Virus record (IMG/VR): IMGVR_UViG_3300033066_001253
Coordinates: 13,223-77,222 of that record
Source: a virus
Lineage: Duplodnaviria > Heunggongvirae > Uroviricota > Caudoviricetes
Reading direction: 5' to 3' (one strand)
Length of the DNA stretch: 64,000 nucleotides
Shown here one piece after another: positions 28,978-38,888 of the stretch (the stretch's first letter is position 1; each line of letters starts with the position of its first letter). The notes below the pieces were generated by a model. The model was not told where the DNA came from, did not search any database, and saw nothing but the letters and a program-made list of their open reading frames with translations. Position numbers and translations under genes: made by a program.

Positions 28978-30177
28978 ATGAAACCAGTAGAAATAGTAAC
29001 AATTAAAAATAAAATTCAATTATTCAAAAAAGAAGATCAAGCAACTTCTGTTGAATTAATAGAATTAGAAGAAGTAGGTTATGAATTAATAGCTCAAAAA
29101 GATCTATATCAAATAGGAGACAAAGCTATTCTTATTCAACCTGATTATAATGTTTCAGATATTCCATTATTTGAATCATATATTAGACCTAATGGAGACG
29201 AATCTAAATCAATGTTAGGTAAGGTTGAAGGTAAACCTAGAAGAATTAGAGCTAAAAAATTCACTCTAAGTAAAGAACCTAATGGGGATCCTGTTTATAG
29301 TAATGGAATTTTATTACCCGAATTAGAAGTTAGAATATATTTATGTGGTAAAAGAAAAATATTATTAACAGAAACAAATTTAGGAAATAATCTTACTGAA
29401 GAATTAGATATTACCAAATACGAAGAACCTGAACCAAACCAAAAAGGAGGATTAAAATCAGGTCAAACTGAAGGTAAATTTCCTGAGGGTTTATATAAAA
29501 CTGATGAAGAAAATATTAATAATCTTTGGAATTATATTGAAAAGAAAATTGGTTATCCTATTACATTAGTTGGTACTGAAAAAGTAGATGGAAGTAGTAT
29601 TACTATTGGAGTAACTCCTAAACTTACAGAAGGATTTATTTGTTCTAGAAATTTAAGAAAAAAACTTACAATTAAAAAACCAATAGGAAAAAGAAATAAA
29701 AATTTATTTGAAAAATTATTGTTTTGGAAAAAATTTGATTTAAATATCTACCAAGAAATAGATAATGAAGATGATTTTGTAAAATATGGTAAACCTTATT
29801 TAAATAAATTAAAATCAAATCACGTTAATATTATCTTAAGAGGAGAACTTAATGGAGGTAAATTAAAAGGTTCTGGAAACAAAAATAATCCAGCATCTAA
29901 AGAAGAAGCTAATATTAAGTTTTTTGGAATGGATAAAGTAAATGAATATGGAGATGCTATAAAATTACCTTATGAAGTTTTTAGACAACATATGAATGGT
30001 TTAGGTTTTCCAACAGTTAAAGAAGTATTTTGTAAAGAATTTAATTCGAAGGAAGAATTACTTAATGAATGTAATAATTATTTTAAACAAAATATGATTG
30101 AGGGAATTGTAGTTAGGACTTTAGATTCTAAGTTTAGTTCTAAAATTATGAATTTAGAATATGATAGTAAAAAATAA
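28978..30177 (+). CDS. ATP-dependent RNA/DNA-ligase-like covalent nucleotidyltransferase
   Basis: 399 aa. Motif I TEKVDGSS (KxDG), motif III IILRGELNG, motif IIIa FFGMD, motif IV EGIVVR and a motif V-like SSKIMN in canonical order. No OB domain after motif V (Rnl-like). Confidence 0.5.
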   Translation: MKPVEIVTIKNKIQLFKKEDQATSVELIELEEVGYELIAQKDLYQIGDKAILIQPDYNVSDIPLFESYIRPNGDESKSMLGKVEGKPRRIRAKKFTLSKEPNGDPVYSNGILLPELEVRIYLCGKRKILLTETNLGNNLTEELDITKYEEPEPNQKGGLKSGQTEGKFPEGLYKTDEENINNLWNYIEKKIGYPITLVGTEKVDGSSITIGVTPKLTEGFICSRNLRKKLTIKKPIGKRNKNLFEKLLFWKKFDLNIYQEIDNEDDFVKYGKPYLNKLKSNHVNIILRGELNGGKLKGSGNKNNPASKEEANIKFFGMDKVNEYGDAIKLPYEVFRQHMNGLGFPTVKEVFCKEFNSKEELLNECNNYFKQNMIEGIVVRTLDSKFSSKIMNLEYDSKK

Positions 30178-30296
30178 ACAATCTAATATCAAAATAAGTT
30201 ATGAGCAAAACATCCAACAAATCCAAAGTAGAAACTTTAAAGTTATGGATTCCAACTTTAAAAAGTAAAAAGGTTAAACAACCACTTAAACCTAAG

Positions 30297-30327
30297 AGAG
30301 AGAATTAATTTCTCTCTTTTTTATTTG
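30297..30327 (+). terminator. rho-independent terminator
   Basis: AGAGAGAA-TTAAT-TTCTCTCT hairpin plus TTTTTTATTT. Confidence 0.6.
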
Positions 30328-30362
30328 TCGAGGTTTTATAAATTAAAAGTCGTATGTTTAAA
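30328..30362 (+). promoter_or_regulatory. conserved phage promoter (TCGAGG ... CGTATGTTTA)
   Basis: -33-like TCGAGG and -7-like CGTATGTTTAAA spaced about 18 nt, upstream of the ATG at 30376. Confidence 0.5.
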
Positions 30363-30375
30363 TAAATTAAGAATT

Positions 30376-30549
30376 ATGAAAGGACAATACGTAATAATAG
30401 ATCTTAGAAATATGGATTTCATGAAAGATGAAAATGGTAAAATTAACTATTATAATACAGAAGAAGAAGCATGTAATGTTTGTGGAATATATGAATTTGA
30501 GAATGCTTGGGTAATGAAATTAATTTATAACCATATAGAAGAATTATGA
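30376..30549 (+). CDS. hypothetical protein
   Basis: Track ORF 30325 (TTG) trimmed to the ATG at 30376, because the promoter motif lies in the extension. Confidence 0.35.
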   Translation: MKGQYVIIDLRNMDFMKDENGKINYYNTEEEACNVCGIYEFENAWVMKLIYNHIEEL

Positions 30550-30878
30550 AACCAGAAGATAAATTATATTCAGATATTGAAAATTCTATTATGAAATGGA
30601 GTAATGATGGAAATAAAACAGCAGGATTTCTTACTAGAAAAATCCTAAAATTAATTCCTCCTTATGTTAAAGTAACCAACAAACATATTTCAGAACAAGA
30701 TGAAATCATATTTGAATTATATACTAAATTAGAAATTTCAGAGAAAAAATTAAAAAACTTAAAGAAAAAATCATATTCTAAAGCTAAAGTAGAATCTTTA
30801 CTTCATAAAGCAACTATTGAAGCTGCTAATAATGATGGGTTTGATTTTTGGGATTTTATAGAAAAACATTTAAAATAA
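30546..30878 (+). CDS. hypothetical protein
   Basis: 110-aa ORF with ATGA overlap. Confidence 0.35.
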   Translation: MKPEDKLYSDIENSIMKWSNDGNKTAGFLTRKILKLIPPYVKVTNKHISEQDEIIFELYTKLEISEKKLKNLKKKSYSKAKVESLLHKATIEAANNDGFDFWDFIEKHLK

Positions 30879-30933
30879 TTGTCTTTGTTATTAAATTCAA
30901 ATTTCATATATTTAACTTATAAAATTGATAAAT

Positions 30934-31233
30934 ATGAGTAAATTATTATATAAGAAAAAGAAAGGTTTAAGAATTAAAAAACGTTTTTATTCTGTAACTA
31001 TTGGTGGTAATATTGGTTTATGGTTTAGTTGTAAAGATAATAAAATTAAAACTATTGAAGAATGTAGAAAAGATGGTGAAGGTTATAGTTCACATTCTAA
31101 TAAACCTATAAGAAGTATTAAAGCATTTAGGAGATTTATTAAAAATAATATAAATGATATACCTATTGGAGCTTCATTTATATTATTAAACACATGGGTA
31201 GGATATGATGTAATTTATATTAAATTTAAATAA
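30934..31233 (+). CDS. hypothetical protein
   Basis: Track ORF 30925 (TTG) trimmed to the ATG at 30934; promoter motif at 30905-30920. Confidence 0.35.
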   Translation: MSKLLYKKKKGLRIKKRFYSVTIGGNIGLWFSCKDNKIKTIEECRKDGEGYSSHSNKPIRSIKAFRRFIKNNINDIPIGASFILLNTWVGYDVIYIKFK

Positions 31234-31239
31234 AATAAT

Positions 31240-31590
31240 ATGACAAATAAAGAAATCTCAGAAAAATCAAATCCAAAAAAATTCACACGTGAATATGAGA
31301 ATATAGTAACCAAAATAAAACAAATCTGGCATTATGATTTGGAAAAATTTGGAAATGGAGCTCATAAAATAGAGACTATTTATCCAGATGGAATGGAAAC
31401 CTACAACGAAAAACAAAAAGGTTCTCATAAAATAGATGGTAAACCTAATAAACCTGTTAATTCTGAAAAATTAAAGAATGGTGATTGTGAGGATGATAGT
31501 TTGCCGTTGACGCAGAGAAGATATTGGAGTGCAGCTACAAATAAATTTGTAGGATATACTCGTGCTCGTAATTTAAATTTAATTAAATAA
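31240..31590 (+). CDS. hypothetical protein
   Basis: 116-aa ORF. Confidence 0.35.
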   Translation: MTNKEISEKSNPKKFTREYENIVTKIKQIWHYDLEKFGNGAHKIETIYPDGMETYNEKQKGSHKIDGKPNKPVNSEKLKNGDCEDDSLPLTQRRYWSAATNKFVGYTRARNLNLIK

Positions 31591-31612
31591 AAATAAATAA
31601 AAAACAAATAAA

Positions 31613-32404
31613 ATGAAAAAAGGTTTAATTACAATTTTAGTGTTCTTAGGATTAACATTAATTGCTTCAGCATTTCTTGTTCGTTGTGAAAGAATAGATG
31701 CAGGACATGAAGGTATTTTAGTAAAAATGTATGGGTCTGAAAAAGGAGTTCAAGACATAAATCTAGTAACAGGAAGGGTTTGGTATAATCCTATGACTGA
31801 AGAGGTGTTTGAAATGCCTACATTTGTCCAAACCTTAGATTATGATGCTTTTGATGTTAATGCTAAAGATGGTAGTAGTTTTACAGTAGATCCAACATTA
31901 TCTTTAAAAGTTGTGGAAGGACATTCACCAATTATATTCAAAAAATACCGAAAACCTATTGAAGAGGTTAGTAAAGTAACAGTGTATAATTATCTTAAAG
32001 ATGCTTTTAGGCTTCAAATGAATAAATATACCACAGATGAAATTGTATCTAATAGAGAAAAATTTGAAAATGATGTTCAAAATCATTTAACAAAGGTTCT
32101 TGCTGATGAAGGTTTTAAATTAGAACAATTAACCTCTGGATTGAAATATCCTAAAACCATAGTTGATGCTGTAAATGATAAAAACAAGATGATACAGGAA
32201 GCTATGGGAGCTAAAAATAAATTACTAAAAGATTCAATTGAGGCTCAAAGTAAAATTATCAAAGCTACAGCTGAAAAACGAGCTAATGATTTAAAACAAT
32301 CATCATTGACACCAATGTTAATTCAACAAATGTTTATTGATAAATGGGATGGTAAAACACCTCTATATGGTAATGCTCCAGTAATGTTTAAAAACGTACA
32401 ATAA
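31613..32404 (+). CDS. SPFH/band-7 (prohibitin-homology) domain membrane protein
   Basis: 263 aa. N-terminal TM. Then a pattern typical of SPFH domains, through the Ala/Lys/Glu-rich C-terminal helix (IQEAMGAKNKLLKDSIEAQSKIIKATAEKRAN). Confidence 0.45.
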   Translation: MKKGLITILVFLGLTLIASAFLVRCERIDAGHEGILVKMYGSEKGVQDINLVTGRVWYNPMTEEVFEMPTFVQTLDYDAFDVNAKDGSSFTVDPTLSLKVVEGHSPIIFKKYRKPIEEVSKVTVYNYLKDAFRLQMNKYTTDEIVSNREKFENDVQNHLTKVLADEGFKLEQLTSGLKYPKTIVDAVNDKNKMIQEAMGAKNKLLKDSIEAQSKIIKATAEKRANDLKQSSLTPMLIQQMFIDKWDGKTPLYGNAPVMFKNVQ

Positions 32405-32410
32405 CAATTT

Positions 32411-32644
32411 ATGAAAAAAGATAAAAAACCGTTTACCAAATACTGGTTAAAAGCTAAAAAACTAGCAGAAGATAAAAATGTAGATGAAGCAGTTTCAATG
32501 TTAGAAACAATGATATGTAATTTAGCTGAATTATCTATGAAAGGTGAGAAAATGTTGGAAGATGTTGAAATTGATTTATGGAAATGTAGAGCCTGGGATA
32601 AAATCGAACACTTAGGCATACTTCCAGAATATAAAGAGATTTAA
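32411..32644 (+). CDS. hypothetical protein
   Basis: 77-aa ORF. Confidence 0.35.
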   Translation: MKKDKKPFTKYWLKAKKLAEDKNVDEAVSMLETMICNLAELSMKGEKMLEDVEIDLWKCRAWDKIEHLGILPEYKEI

Positions 32645-32683
32645 TGTCTTGGTTTATAAAATAATATTTCGTATAATTAACCT

Positions 32684-32887
32684 ATGAAAAAATTAGTAAA
32701 TCAATTACTCAAAAAAGATAAAGATTTTATCATTATAAATCCTAAAAACGAAGTTTATATTGGTTTAATAGGAGGTGAGCCTGCATTTAGTAATGACTGG
32801 AATGAAGCTAAGAAACTAAATGATCAGGAACAGATGAATAAAATTCAAAGAGGTTATTATATGAAACTTGATAAAATGGAATTATGA
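32684..32887 (+). CDS. hypothetical protein
   Basis: 67-aa ORF; promoter motif GTCTTGG ... CGTATAATTAACC upstream. Confidence 0.35.
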   Translation: MKKLVNQLLKKDKDFIIINPKNEVYIGLIGGEPAFSNDWNEAKKLNDQEQMNKIQRGYYMKLDKMEL

Positions 32888-33156
32888 AACGAGGAGAAAC
32901 AGGTAAATTAGTTTATGATTTCGATCAATCTCAACACCTAGAAATCTGTATAGAAGATAAATGGTACCGTTCAACTGCTCGTGAATTTAGAAGTTTTGAT
33001 GGAAAACGTAGAATAAATAATAACAATTATGAAGGTTCAGTATATTATTTTAAAACAAATGATAAAGTAATGTCTTTGTTATCTAAAGAAAATATCATAT
33101 ATTCACCTTCTGTTGATTATATAGAAGCAAATAAAAGAATAGGAGAAACATTTTAA
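32884..33156 (+). CDS. hypothetical protein
   Basis: 90-aa ORF. Confidence 0.35.
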   Translation: MKRGETGKLVYDFDQSQHLEICIEDKWYRSTAREFRSFDGKRRINNNNYEGSVYYFKTNDKVMSLLSKENIIYSPSVDYIEANKRIGETF

Positions 33157-33165
33157 AAATAGGTT

Positions 33166-33399
33166 ATGGAAAAATTTTTTAAAACACTAATAGGAATGGG
33201 TAAAGTAGTAATAGCTTTCCTATTAATCCAAATATATGTTGAACAATGGATTCAATACTACAGAGATAAAAACTGGTTAGGATTTATTCTTATGTCTGTA
33301 ATTCCAGGTTTAGCCGCTTATTATTTATTTTTCGAAATTTATGATGGTAAACCACCTCCAGGATTCGATAATCCTTATATGGATTATGATAATAGATAA
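33166..33399 (+). CDS. hypothetical membrane protein
   Basis: 77 aa with two hydrophobic segments. Confidence 0.35.
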   Translation: MEKFFKTLIGMGKVVIAFLLIQIYVEQWIQYYRDKNWLGFILMSVIPGLAAYYLFFEIYDGKPPPGFDNPYMDYDNR

Positions 33400-33438
33400 A
33401 TGTCTTGGTTATAATAAAAAACATTAGTATATTCAATT

Positions 33439-33741
33439 ATGTTTAAAATAGGTAAAAAAGTAATTTGTATTAAAACACATTCCCAAGGTGTAGTTCAAGA
33501 AGGTAAAATATACCCTATCCTAGACTTAAAAGAATGTCCTCAATGTAAATTATTAATGATTGATGTTGGAGTTAAAGCTCATAAAGTATTTGCTAAATGT
33601 AATTGTGGTAATGGTCATTTTTCGAATGGAATACATTGGATTGCTTCAAGTATATTAAGACCACTAGATGAATCGTTTGCTGAAGGAGTATTAGAGAATA
33701 TAATGGAACAAATATTAGAAGAAGAATTAGAAACAGTTTAA
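33439..33741 (+). CDS. hypothetical Cys-rich protein
   Basis: 100 aa. CPQC ... CNCGNGH. Confidence 0.35.
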   Translation: MFKIGKKVICIKTHSQGVVQEGKIYPILDLKECPQCKLLMIDVGVKAHKVFAKCNCGNGHFSNGIHWIASSILRPLDESFAEGVLENIMEQILEEELETV

Positions 33742-33750
33742 ATAAAAATT

Positions 33751-34329
33751 ATGCAACAAGAAACCGAAAAAGCATATAAACAAATCCTAAAACTAATTAA
33801 TAAACATAAGGATTTAATTACTTTTGATATTGAGCAATTAGAAAAGAAAGCCAAAGATCATTTGTTTTTTCTTCAATTAAAAGAAGAATATGGATTTAAC
33901 TTAGATCCTAAACAACATAATATGCCTTACAACAAATATTATAACAATTTTAATTCTGAATATAAAAGTATTTCTTGGTGGGGAGATAAACACCCAGATA
34001 GAAAAATATCTTGGTCTGATGATGGGAAACAACCTGAAAATGAATGGTTATTCAAATTATCGTTTTCAACAGGTGCTTATTCTTTAGGAAGTGATTATGA
34101 TGGACAACAAGAATTATTTCAACAATTTTTCAATGAATTAAAAACATATTCTCCAAAATATTTAGATACTACAAATAAATCACTTTATTTTTCTTTAGAT
34201 AATGCTGGGAAAATATTTAATGAGTTTGATTCTATTTTGAAAAAATATGTTAAATTGAATCAAGATGACTATAAAAGAAGACAAATCATAAAAATGGAAA
34301 AAGAATTAGAAAAATTAAAAACTCAATAA
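33751..34329 (+). CDS. hypothetical protein
   Basis: 192-aa ORF. Confidence 0.35.
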   Translation: MQQETEKAYKQILKLINKHKDLITFDIEQLEKKAKDHLFFLQLKEEYGFNLDPKQHNMPYNKYYNNFNSEYKSISWWGDKHPDRKISWSDDGKQPENEWLFKLSFSTGAYSLGSDYDGQQELFQQFFNELKTYSPKYLDTTNKSLYFSLDNAGKIFNEFDSILKKYVKLNQDDYKRRQIIKMEKELEKLKTQ

Positions 34330-34340
34330 AAACCAAACAT

Positions 34341-34556
34341 ATGAAATACCAAATCCAAAAAGACAACCAAACAAACACAATTATTTTAGTAGAAGATGTT
34401 GAAACTGATTTCAATCCTATTGTATTAGATACAGATCCAAAAGATATTAATTTTTGGAGTCCTAAAACAGGATTATATATTCAGGATACAGAATTTACAG
34501 TTGATGAAGTTGAAATAGGAGAAGAATTATATAATTTAGTAGCTAAACCTAACTAA
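34341..34556 (+). CDS. hypothetical protein
   Basis: 71-aa ORF. Confidence 0.3.
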   Translation: MKYQIQKDNQTNTIILVEDVETDFNPIVLDTDPKDINFWSPKTGLYIQDTEFTVDEVEIGEELYNLVAKPN

Positions 34557-34557
34557 T

Positions 34558-34893
34558 ATGCACTCACATAAATTTAATTTAGATAATAATTACTCTATTA
34601 AAATAGAACGTAATGATGAAGGTAAACATATTTACCTGATTGATAATATTCTAGGAATAACTAAATTAATAGGTACTATTAATAATAGTTGTAAATGGGT
34701 GTTTGCTACACCTAATATTCAACAAGATTTCTTCAAATTAGTTAAAAAATATAGAAATATTTTCAAAAATAATTTTAACAAATCATTAGAAGATACACAT
34801 GAAATAACGTTAGATAAACAATTTACTTGTTTTCGACGCAGAATGCATATTAAAATAGGTCGCACGTTAAATAAACTAAAACACGTTATATAA
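34558..34893 (+). CDS. hypothetical protein
   Basis: 111-aa ORF. Confidence 0.35.
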   Translation: MHSHKFNLDNNYSIKIERNDEGKHIYLIDNILGITKLIGTINNSCKWVFATPNIQQDFFKLVKKYRNIFKNNFNKSLEDTHEITLDKQFTCFRRRMHIKIGRTLNKLKHVI

Positions 34894-35549
34894 TGAAAAT
34901 ATATAAACAGTTACCAATCCCAAAAACATCAGCGTGGGATAAAACAACTACCTACAACCCATACACCCTCCTAGACAGACTTATTTATACTAAATTTAAA
35001 TATAGTTGGTTACATGCAAAATGGGATAAATATATTGATGATCCAATCACCAATATAAAACATGGTATGATTAATTTATGGGCTTGGTTTCCAGTTATTT
35101 GGAAAAGTAGGAGATGGGATCATGGTTTTACATTAGAAATTCTTCAAAAATCACTTGAACTACAACGTAAAGAAATTGTTGGAGCTAATAGACATGAAGG
35201 TGTATCAGATATAAATCGTTATATTACTTTATGTCTTAATTTAATTGAAAGAATTAATGAAGATTATTATAATTTAGAATATTCTGATTACCATGAATCT
35301 AAATTTGAATTTATTCCTTGTGAAGATAATCCTGGATATTCAACACTGAATTCTGATATTATTAGTGAAAATTTTGATGATTATTTTAAAATATATCCTA
35401 ATAGTTTAAGAAGAGTACTTGAAAAAGATCCTGAACTTATTGAAGATAGAAAATATTTAGCAATGAAAGTAGGAGATTATAATCAACAAAAATGCCATAA
35501 CTTATTATTTAAAATATTAAATGAAAAAATCAATCACTTCTGGGACTAA
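34893..35549 (+). CDS. hypothetical protein
   Basis: 218-aa ORF. Confidence 0.35.
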   Translation: MKIYKQLPIPKTSAWDKTTTYNPYTLLDRLIYTKFKYSWLHAKWDKYIDDPITNIKHGMINLWAWFPVIWKSRRWDHGFTLEILQKSLELQRKEIVGANRHEGVSDINRYITLCLNLIERINEDYYNLEYSDYHESKFEFIPCEDNPGYSTLNSDIISENFDDYFKIYPNSLRRVLEKDPELIEDRKYLAMKVGDYNQQKCHNLLFKILNEKINHFWD

Positions 35550-35847
35550 ATATAGTGCTGAATTAATAACTCCTAATCCAGACCCAAAACCAAAATATAA
35601 ACTTACTAGATTGAATGATGGTTTAGTAAAACAAGGAGATAAAGTACAATTTGTTGTTTGGAAAGAAGATAAAACAGCAGAAAAAATGATTGATGAACCT
35701 AAACTAGGAACCTCACTTATGTTAGATCCTAGATTCAATTATGCTTGGTTAACAACAACTATAACTCAAATCATAGAACAAACAGATAACACCCTTAAAT
35801 TTCAGACAGAGAATTCAACATACTTATTAGAAAAATTACATGATTAA
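35521..35847 (+). CDS. hypothetical protein
   Basis: 108-aa ORF; 29-nt overlap with the upstream gene. Confidence 0.3.
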   Translation: MKKSITSGTKYSAELITPNPDPKPKYKLTRLNDGLVKQGDKVQFVVWKEDKTAEKMIDEPKLGTSLMLDPRFNYAWLTTTITQIIEQTDNTLKFQTENSTYLLEKLHD

Positions 35848-36811
35848 AAAATTATTATTAATATTATTATTTCCAATTACATTATTTTCTCAAACATATC
35901 CAATTGTAGAGGAATTTAATGCAGGAACTACTTGGACTTATACTAATGGTGCAGGATTACAAAATTATGGAGGTGCAGAAAATTATGCTACATTCAATAT
36001 TGGTTCTACTCCATACCCAAATAATTCAAATATAACAATTACATCACCAACCTATAATTTTACTTCAACTTGTAGTTCTAATTTAACAGTTAGTTTTCCT
36101 ATTGTAGGTAGAATAGAAAATGGATTTGATTTTGTTTATTTTCAATATTTTGATGGAGGTGTTTGGGTTACTCAATCTACATTTACAGGAATTCAAAATT
36201 CAACTCCTTCATATTCAATTCCTAATACAGCCACTCAATTTAGATTTTTAATGGTTACAGATTGTTCTGTAAATGGATATAAAGGTGGAAATCCATCATG
36301 TAATTTATCTGTTGGGACTTGTACTCCTGCTGTTGGTAACTGTTCTGGTTTAACATCAGTTTATTATTATGATATAACTAGATTTACTATAAATTGTGCT
36401 ACTCCCTTACCAATTTCAATTTTCAAATATGATGTTTCTTATTTTGAAAACAATATTTTAGTTGAATGGGTTACAATAAGTGAGAATAACAATGATTATT
36501 TTACTGTTGAAAAATCAAATAATGGAGTTGATTGGAATGTGATTGGAACTTTACCTGGTAATAATAGTTTTATTTATAAAAAATATAAATTTATAGATAA
36601 AGAACCATGTTCAGGATATAACTACTATAGATTATCTCAAACTGATTTTGATGGAGAACAAACATATATTGGAATTAGAGTAATATTATGTGAAAATGAA
36701 GTTGAAGCAGAATATTATAATATGCAAGGAATTAAAGTGGATATAAATAATTCTCCTAATGGAATATATATTAAAAAATATAATAATCAAATAACAAAAA
36801 TAATAAAATAA
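35840..36811 (+). CDS. secreted protein with T9SS (Por) C-terminal sorting domain
   Basis: 323 aa. N-terminal signal peptide MIKKLLLILLFPITLFSQ. Ser/Thr/Asn-rich beta-rich middle. C-terminus EYYNMQGIKVDINNSPNGIYIKKYNNQITKIIK fits the Por_Secre_tail pattern (vYN.lGq.V ... GiYi.k.......KiiK). Confidence 0.5.
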   Translation: MIKKLLLILLFPITLFSQTYPIVEEFNAGTTWTYTNGAGLQNYGGAENYATFNIGSTPYPNNSNITITSPTYNFTSTCSSNLTVSFPIVGRIENGFDFVYFQYFDGGVWVTQSTFTGIQNSTPSYSIPNTATQFRFLMVTDCSVNGYKGGNPSCNLSVGTCTPAVGNCSGLTSVYYYDITRFTINCATPLPISIFKYDVSYFENNILVEWVTISENNNDYFTVEKSNNGVDWNVIGTLPGNNSFIYKKYKFIDKEPCSGYNYYRLSQTDFDGEQTYIGIRVILCENEVEAEYYNMQGIKVDINNSPNGIYIKKYNNQITKIIK

Positions 36812-36812
36812 T

Positions 36813-37079
36813 ATGAAATCACCTACACCCCTAAACACCCCCAAAATCCCAAGTAAAACCCCTTTACAAAAAGCATTTACAGATTATATTAATAATAGAT
36901 ATTATATAGTTCAAGTAATAGCCTTAATTATCTTATCAGCAGTCTTATTTCATATTAATGAATTTGAATGTTTGAGAGATATTATAATTATGTTAATTCC
37001 TATTTTAGGAGCATTTTTTATACCTATTATTTTTATTTTTATTTGGGCTTATCAATATAAGAAAGGAACTAGAAAATGA
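36813..37079 (+). CDS. hypothetical membrane protein
   Basis: 88 aa, two TM-like segments. Confidence 0.35.
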   Translation: MKSPTPLNTPKIPSKTPLQKAFTDYINNRYYIVQVIALIILSAVLFHINEFECLRDIIIMLIPILGAFFIPIIFIFIWAYQYKKGTRK

Positions 37080-37489
37080 TTTTAATTAGTTTAATATGTT
37101 TTATGATAGCAGCTCGATATAATGCTGTTATGGATGTTTTAACACATCATTTTGAGGATTCAATTTTTTATGTTGAAGGAGATAAAGAAAATACTCAATG
37201 GTATGATCCTTCTATTTCATGGAAAAATAAATATATTGGTTATGATCCTAAAAACGGAAGATTAAAATGGAATAATACTAAATTCAATTATCCTGTTCAA
37301 ATAACTGATGCTTGGCATTTGAATAAAACAAAGATGATTATATTTTTAGCTCTAAGCATTATTACATTTCCAGGCAACTTTAGTTTATTACAATTAATAG
37401 GATTATTTATTAGTTTTGGATTTGCTTGGAATATTATATTTAGTCTATTTTATAATCATATCTTAAGAAAAGATGTCTTTGTAATTTAA
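37076..37489 (+). CDS. hypothetical membrane protein
   Basis: 137 aa, multiple hydrophobic segments. Confidence 0.35.
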   Translation: MILISLICFMIAARYNAVMDVLTHHFEDSIFYVEGDKENTQWYDPSISWKNKYIGYDPKNGRLKWNNTKFNYPVQITDAWHLNKTKMIIFLALSIITFPGNFSLLQLIGLFISFGFAWNIIFSLFYNHILRKDVFVI

Positions 37490-37529
37490 GAAATAAATCG
37501 TATAGTTATATAAATTAAAAATATTAGTT

Positions 37530-38393
37530 ATGAAAGTAAAAGTATTAAAATCAAGTTTAGATACTTATTGGTATTCTGATAAAATCGGAAGAGTTTTTAA
37601 TGTTGAAAATTGTCCTGGAGAAGATTATATAGTCCAAGATATAGAACATATTGACTCAGGTTTATTAAAATCAGATTGTATTGAAGTGCCTGATGAATGG
37701 TGTGTAAAAGTAGGAAATGATGAAGATGTTAATAGAGATCATCCAGTTATAAAATATTTAAATCAAAAATATAAAAAAGAACATGATGGTTCAGCTACAT
37801 ATTATGGTGTTAAGGATAATGATTCTACTTTTACATCTACTGGATCAGGTCCATTTGGTAAATTATTAACACTAGAAGAATTTGAATTAATATTTTTAGA
37901 TAAAAAACCAGAAGACATGAAACAAGAAAATAAAAAATTAATTGGTTATAAATTAAATGGAACTGTAACAGCTCAACAAGTAGCTGATTTAATACAGTGT
38001 AGTCCTGATATTTATAAAAATGGATGTTTTTTATTATATCCAATACATTTTGATGGTGGATCCATTTGTTCTGTTAAAGGAGCAGGAAATAAATTAAAAG
38101 AATTAGGAGTTCTAGACCTTTGGTTCACTCCAGTCTACGAAGAAGAAACCAAAACAATCACCTCAGGTTCTGAAAGAATAGAAATTAAAATAACACCTGG
38201 TAAATCAATTGAGGCTCAAGGAAAAACAATAAAAATTGAGTTGTTAAAAGAAATTTATGAGGATATGGTTGATAATGTCTTTCATGAAAATAATACAGGG
38301 TGGGGAATTAAATTTCCATCAGTAAAAATAGGATGTTCAATATTCACAGCTCAAGAAATATCAGAAATAATTTCTATTTACAATGGAGAGTAG
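37530..38393 (+). CDS. hypothetical protein, paralog of 43363-44220
   Basis: 287 aa. Shares GVLDLWF ... IGC..F ... EIS.I with ORF 43363. Confidence 0.4.
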   Translation: MKVKVLKSSLDTYWYSDKIGRVFNVENCPGEDYIVQDIEHIDSGLLKSDCIEVPDEWCVKVGNDEDVNRDHPVIKYLNQKYKKEHDGSATYYGVKDNDSTFTSTGSGPFGKLLTLEEFELIFLDKKPEDMKQENKKLIGYKLNGTVTAQQVADLIQCSPDIYKNGCFLLYPIHFDGGSICSVKGAGNKLKELGVLDLWFTPVYEEETKTITSGSERIEIKITPGKSIEAQGKTIKIELLKEIYEDMVDNVFHENNTGWGIKFPSVKIGCSIFTAQEISEIISIYNGE

Positions 38394-38462
38394 TGAACCT
38401 GGATTTGAAGATGATGTTATAATTATAGTAGTTGTTTTAATAATAATTTTAATGAGATTTTT

Positions 38463-38888
38463 ATGAAACTCTATAGAATAAGATTATGGTTTAGTTGGAA
38501 ATGGTTCTATTTTAAAAGATGGATAAAATTAACCAAAGATCAAATCACAGGTAAAAACCCATACCGTCTCCAAGCAGGTGGGAATTGTCCTGTTCAAATA
38601 GAAGGATTTACTAAAGAAGGTAAATGGTTTTATTTTAGAGCTAGAGGAAGTCATTGCCAATTTGTTATTTGTAATAATGAAGAAGAATATATGGGAATCT
38701 TAGGAAGAGATGAACCATATCTATTTGAACGTGATTTAAAATATGGTAAAGATCAATATCAAGCAGGGTGGATACCTCATGATGATGCAATTAGATTATG
38801 TACTGTTTGGTTAAATGAATGGTATGAAAAACAAGATGAATTTAAGATTAGTAAGAAAGCATTAAAAATGATAAATAATTTAAAATAA
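38463..38888 (+). CDS. hypothetical protein
   Basis: 141-aa ORF. Confidence 0.35.
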   Translation: MKLYRIRLWFSWKWFYFKRWIKLTKDQITGKNPYRLQAGGNCPVQIEGFTKEGKWFYFRARGSHCQFVICNNEEEYMGILGRDEPYLFERDLKYGKDQYQAGWIPHDDAIRLCTVWLNEWYEKQDEFKISKKALKMINNLK

